Below are positions 60,028 to 64,000 of a DNA stretch of 64,000 nt, one piece after another. The stretch comes from Torpedo marmorata. Taxonomy: Eukaryota. Numbering within the stretch: position 1 is the stretch's first letter; each line of letters starts with the position of its first letter. Position numbers and translations under genes: made by a program. A model generated the notes under the pieces. That model did not search any database, was not told where the DNA came from, and saw nothing but the letters and a program-made list of their open reading frames with translations. The DNA lies in the NCBI GenBank assembly GCA_977017645.1, contig OZ360248.1, positions 19,716,001 through 19,780,000 on the forward strand, written 5' to 3'.

Positions 60028-61410
60028 TAAAAAGGCCTTCACCCTTTAAGATTCCAAAATTTCTAATAACAAGATAGTTAAACAAATGTTAAAAATATGG
60101 TTCCAATTCAGAAAAGCAAATAATTTCCTTAATTTCTTGCTTGATAGAACAATAAATTTCAATACCTTTTTTACCCCAGCTAGTGGGGATAGAGGGTTCC
60201 AGATTTGGCAAGATCACGGTGTATGTTCATTTAAAAACTTGTTTATAGACTCTAATTTTATTACTTTTGAACAGATGGTTAATAAGTATAACTTATCTAG
60301 AAACAATTATTTTAGATACTTTCAAGTCAGGAATTTTATAAATTCTTTCAGAGTGGAATTTCCTTTCGATTTAAAGTTAGTAACCATAGAAAAGGTTTTT
60401 ACTATTACTCCTGATATACCAAAACCATTGTCAGTATTTTATAACCTTTTAAAAGAAAATGTGATACAGCATGTGGATAAAATAAAGGAGGCTTGGGAAA
60501 GAGATTTTTTAGAAGTTTTTTCACCTTCAGTGTGGTCCAATATTTTGGACCGTATCCATACCTCTTCAGTATGTGCAAGACATAATTTAATTCAATTCAA
60601 AGTAGTTCACAGAGCTCATTACTCAAAATCTTCACTGGCTAAATTTTCATCAAATATATCATCTATGTGTGATAGATGTAATGTTCATGAAGGTACATTA
60701 TTTCACATGTTTTGGTTGTGCCCTAAGTTAGTTAGATTTTGGAACAAAATTTTTTGCACTCTTTATTTGGCTTTAGCTACTCAATTAGATCCAAATCCAT
60801 TTATAGCAATATTTGGTATAAATGATCCTAGTAACCATGATCTTACTAATAATCAAAAACATGTGATTGCTTTTCGTCTCTGGTTGCAAGGCGACAGATC
60901 TTGCTAAAATGGAAGGATGGTAATCCTCCTATATATGAAGATTGGCTATCAAGTTTAATGACCTATTTAACATTAGAAAAAATTAGATGTTCAAATATTA
61001 AATTAAACCTAAAATTTACTAATATTTATGGACTATTATTAGAGTTTATGATTCCTCATGCTTTGAAGTTATATTATTTCTACAGGTCAGTGCAATTCTG
61101 GGGTGGGGGTAGGTCGTAGGATAGTTTAGATTGCTTTAGCTTTTATAAAAAAATGTATTATGATGAAATTACTATGTTATTTTTTTTTGTGGCTTGGTTC
61201 TTTTTATACCTATTGGTATTATAATACTAAATTGTAAAGAAAAAAATTGATATATATCTGTAATGTATATTCTGTTATGGATGGATTAATGGAACATGTG
61301 ATAATGTTTTTCTTTGCTTTTTCTCTGTAAACGTATATAGTGAATGAACTGTTATATCCATGATTTTATGGAATTAATAAAGAGATTTAAAAAAGAAAAA
61401 GAGAAAATAA
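60028..61410 (+). mobile_element. L1/Tx1 LINE ORF2 3' part and 3' UTR
   Basis: ORF 60086-60907 (FRYFQVRNFI...QFKVVHR...CDRC...GTLFHMFWLCP) and LEKIR; A-rich tail. Confidence 0.9.
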
Positions 61411-61457
61411 ATAGGCTAGATAAATAAATATTCACAGTTGAAGTTAGAACAAGATCA

Positions 61458-64000
61458 ATAGTGTAGAGGTCACGTGATGCAGAGGAGCTGAGCAGAAGTG
61501 GATTCCTGGGCTCTCTACACCATTGATTTAAAACAAAATAAATAATGATTTTTTGAATTTTAAAAGAGGAGAAACTTTAGGAGAATGGGGAAGAAGGGTA
61601 GATTTCAACCCCTGGCAGTAGGAGGGTCTCCGAATTCAACAAATTCAACGGATTCATCAGGCGAGGCCCCACACGGGAGCAGGGACATGGAGCCCTCATT
61701 GATGGTACTGGAGAAAAGGAAGACGATGGGGGAGTTGATGAGTACTCCCACGGACACGGCGCAGGCCACTGGGGACCTGAATAGAAGGTTTGATAGAATG
61801 GAAACCTGGATAAAGGAGGTGCTGGACGTCGTAAAGGATTTCAAGGATTCGATGGGGGTTTTAACCTCCCATGTGGAAAGGATGGAGGAAACAGCAGAGA
61901 ACATACAAGAAAGGCTGGGGAGCCTGGAAAAAGATAAGAATGACAGGAGAAAAGAAAAACAGGAGATCATGGATAAAATGGATCATATGGAGAACTTTAA
62001 TAGAAGAAACAACGTGAGAATTATTGGATTAAAAGAAGGGACAGAGGGAAGAATCATCGTGGAATTTGTTCAGAAATGGATCCTAGAGGTTCTGGGGAAA
62101 GATCGTTTTAAAAACCCTCTTAAGGTGGAAAGAGCCCACCGGACCTTCGGCCCCCGTAGGACACTGGACCAGAGACTATGACCGGTTCTGGTGCGACTGC
62201 TGAGCTGCCAGGATCGAGAGGAGATCCTCCATGTGGCGGCAGCACACGCCAGGGAAACAGGCGGGCCCCTGGAAATCGGAACGGACAAAGTTTTCTTCTT
62301 CCAGGACCTAAGTGCGGCCCTAGTGCGGCGTCGGAAGGAATTTGACGCTGTGAAGAAACAGCTGCGGGTAAGGAACATACCTTACTCGATGCTCTACCCC
62401 GCGACGTTGAGGCTGGAGCCGTCAGAGGGCGGGAGAAGATTCTTCGCGACGTCCCGAGAGGCAGAGGACTTCGTCCGAGGTCTGGGGGAGAGGTCGTAGG
62501 AGTGGAACGGGAGTCGGGAAATGAGACGGCACAAGGACTGACAGAATCGCGGAGGATATAAATAGACGTTGAGTAAAAGAGATGGGGCGGGCCATGTGGT
62601 GTAAAAGGAGGGGGGGGTTGGATTATTGTATATTGAATTGCAGGGGTGTATTTTATTATAAGAAAATGTTGTAAAAATATAAGGAGAGCCCGGGAAGGGC
62701 TGGGAAGTTATGGTAGGATGGGCACATAGTGTACTTCAAATTAAGGGGGCTGATGGCGCCAGGAGAGGGGTTGTTTTGAAAAATGGCGCTGGAGAAAAGG
62801 GGAGGGAATTTCTTTTTGCCTTGCAATTTTTTTCGCGGGTTTTTGGGGTTTCCTGATGACGTCACTGTCAGTGCAGGGGAAATACATGTGTTACCTTATA
62901 AGGGAGAATGCACACTGGGAAAGAAATATACTAAGGGGCTATGAAAATAACATAATAATGTATGAACACTATAATGAATAAGACTATAAAATTTGTTAGT
63001 TTTAATGTTAATGGATTAAATGGACCCATAAAAAGGAAAAGAGTTTTGGCACACCTTAAAAAAATGCAGGCGGATATAGTCTTTTTGCAGGAAACTCACC
63101 TCACAAATAAAGAATATAACAAATTAAAAAGGGAATGGGTGGGACAGGTGTTTGCGTCCTCTTTCAATTCCAAGTCTAGGGGGGTGGCTATTTTAATAAA
63201 TAAAAATGTTCCGGTGGTAGTGAGACACAACTATTGACTCAGCTGGGAGATTTGTGATGATACACTGTCAAATTTACTCGGAATCCTGGACACTTCTGAA
63301 CATTTGTGCTCCAAATTTTGATGACGAGGCTTTTATGCAAAATATATTTCTGAAGCTAAAACCACTCTGGCCTTTATGAAAGATCTAAATTTAATAGATG
63401 CATGGAGACGGTTACACCCACAAGCCAGAGATTACTCCTTTTACTCTAAACCCCATGATTCCTATACTAGAATTGACTATTTTTTAATGTCGGCGCAGTT
63501 GGAAGGCAGTGATCGAATCGGAATATCTATCAGATATTATCAGATCATGCACCTTTGAACCTATCTATTGTTATGCCAGAAAAGCAGGCTTAATTCCACG
63601 CTGTTGAAAAGGACAGATTTTTGTGACTTTATAAGGGGTCAGATAAATTTGTTTTGTGAAACAAATTGCCCTTCCACTAATAACAGTTTTTTAATATGGA
63701 ATACTTTAAAGGCTTATTTGAGGGGCAAATAATTTCGTACACTAAAAATGTGAAGAAAAAGCATCTGGCGGAAGTAAATGAATTAGAACGAAAAATTCTA
63801 GAGTTGGAAAAGGAATATCAACAATCTGGTTCAAAGGAAAAATATCAAATTCTGGTTAATAAGAAGCTTAAGTACAACACTCTACAAACATATCAATGGA
63901 GAAAACCATTTTGAGGTCTAGGCAAAAATATTATGAATTGGGCGAGAGGGCCCATAAGGTCTTGTCTTGGCAACTGAAGGCGGAAGAGACATCGAGGACA
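61458..64000 (+). mobile_element. L1-clade LINE 5' part: ORF1 (61585-62499, one internal stop), spacer, decayed ORF2 endonuclease; runs past the window end
   Basis: ENFNRRNNVRIIGLKEG.EG, VERAHR, FFQDLS....RRRKEF, YPATL; ORF2 SFNVNGLN.PIKR, IVFLQETHL, SRGVAILI, DAWR..HP..RDYSFYS..H..YTRIDYF. Confidence 0.92.

Overview
Repeat-dense (about 75-80%) eukaryotic DNA. The repeat mix (HE1/V-SINE-like tRNA SINEs, HER1-like CR1 LINEs, Rex1/Babar, L1/Tx1, Penelope) suggests a vertebrate, most likely a cartilaginous fish; this is inference. There is an assembly gap at 9276-10081. Only one host coding exon is recognisable: a 165-nt DNAJC4-like exon on the minus strand (41929-42093), so most of the window is probably intron. 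The most notable feature is a young BEL/Pao LTR element (28903-34904) with apparently identical 692-bp LTRs and a CTGAG target duplication. Its single intact 1265-aa ORF encodes SAP-Gag-protease and, where RT/RNaseH/integrase should be, an in-frame coiled-coil segment resembling the host gene MIPOL1, a candidate gene capture. It sits in a three-level nest (Penelope > Gypsy > BEL). Other points: a Gmr1-type Gypsy (integrase before RT) with three LTR copies, a 5S-rRNA-derived SINE, two complementary Chapaev3-like deletion derivatives, hammerhead-ribozyme-like motifs in Penelope termini, several MITEs (one holding a 50-bp minisatellite) and a possible decayed Harbinger. All homology calls are from recognition by eye, not database searches.
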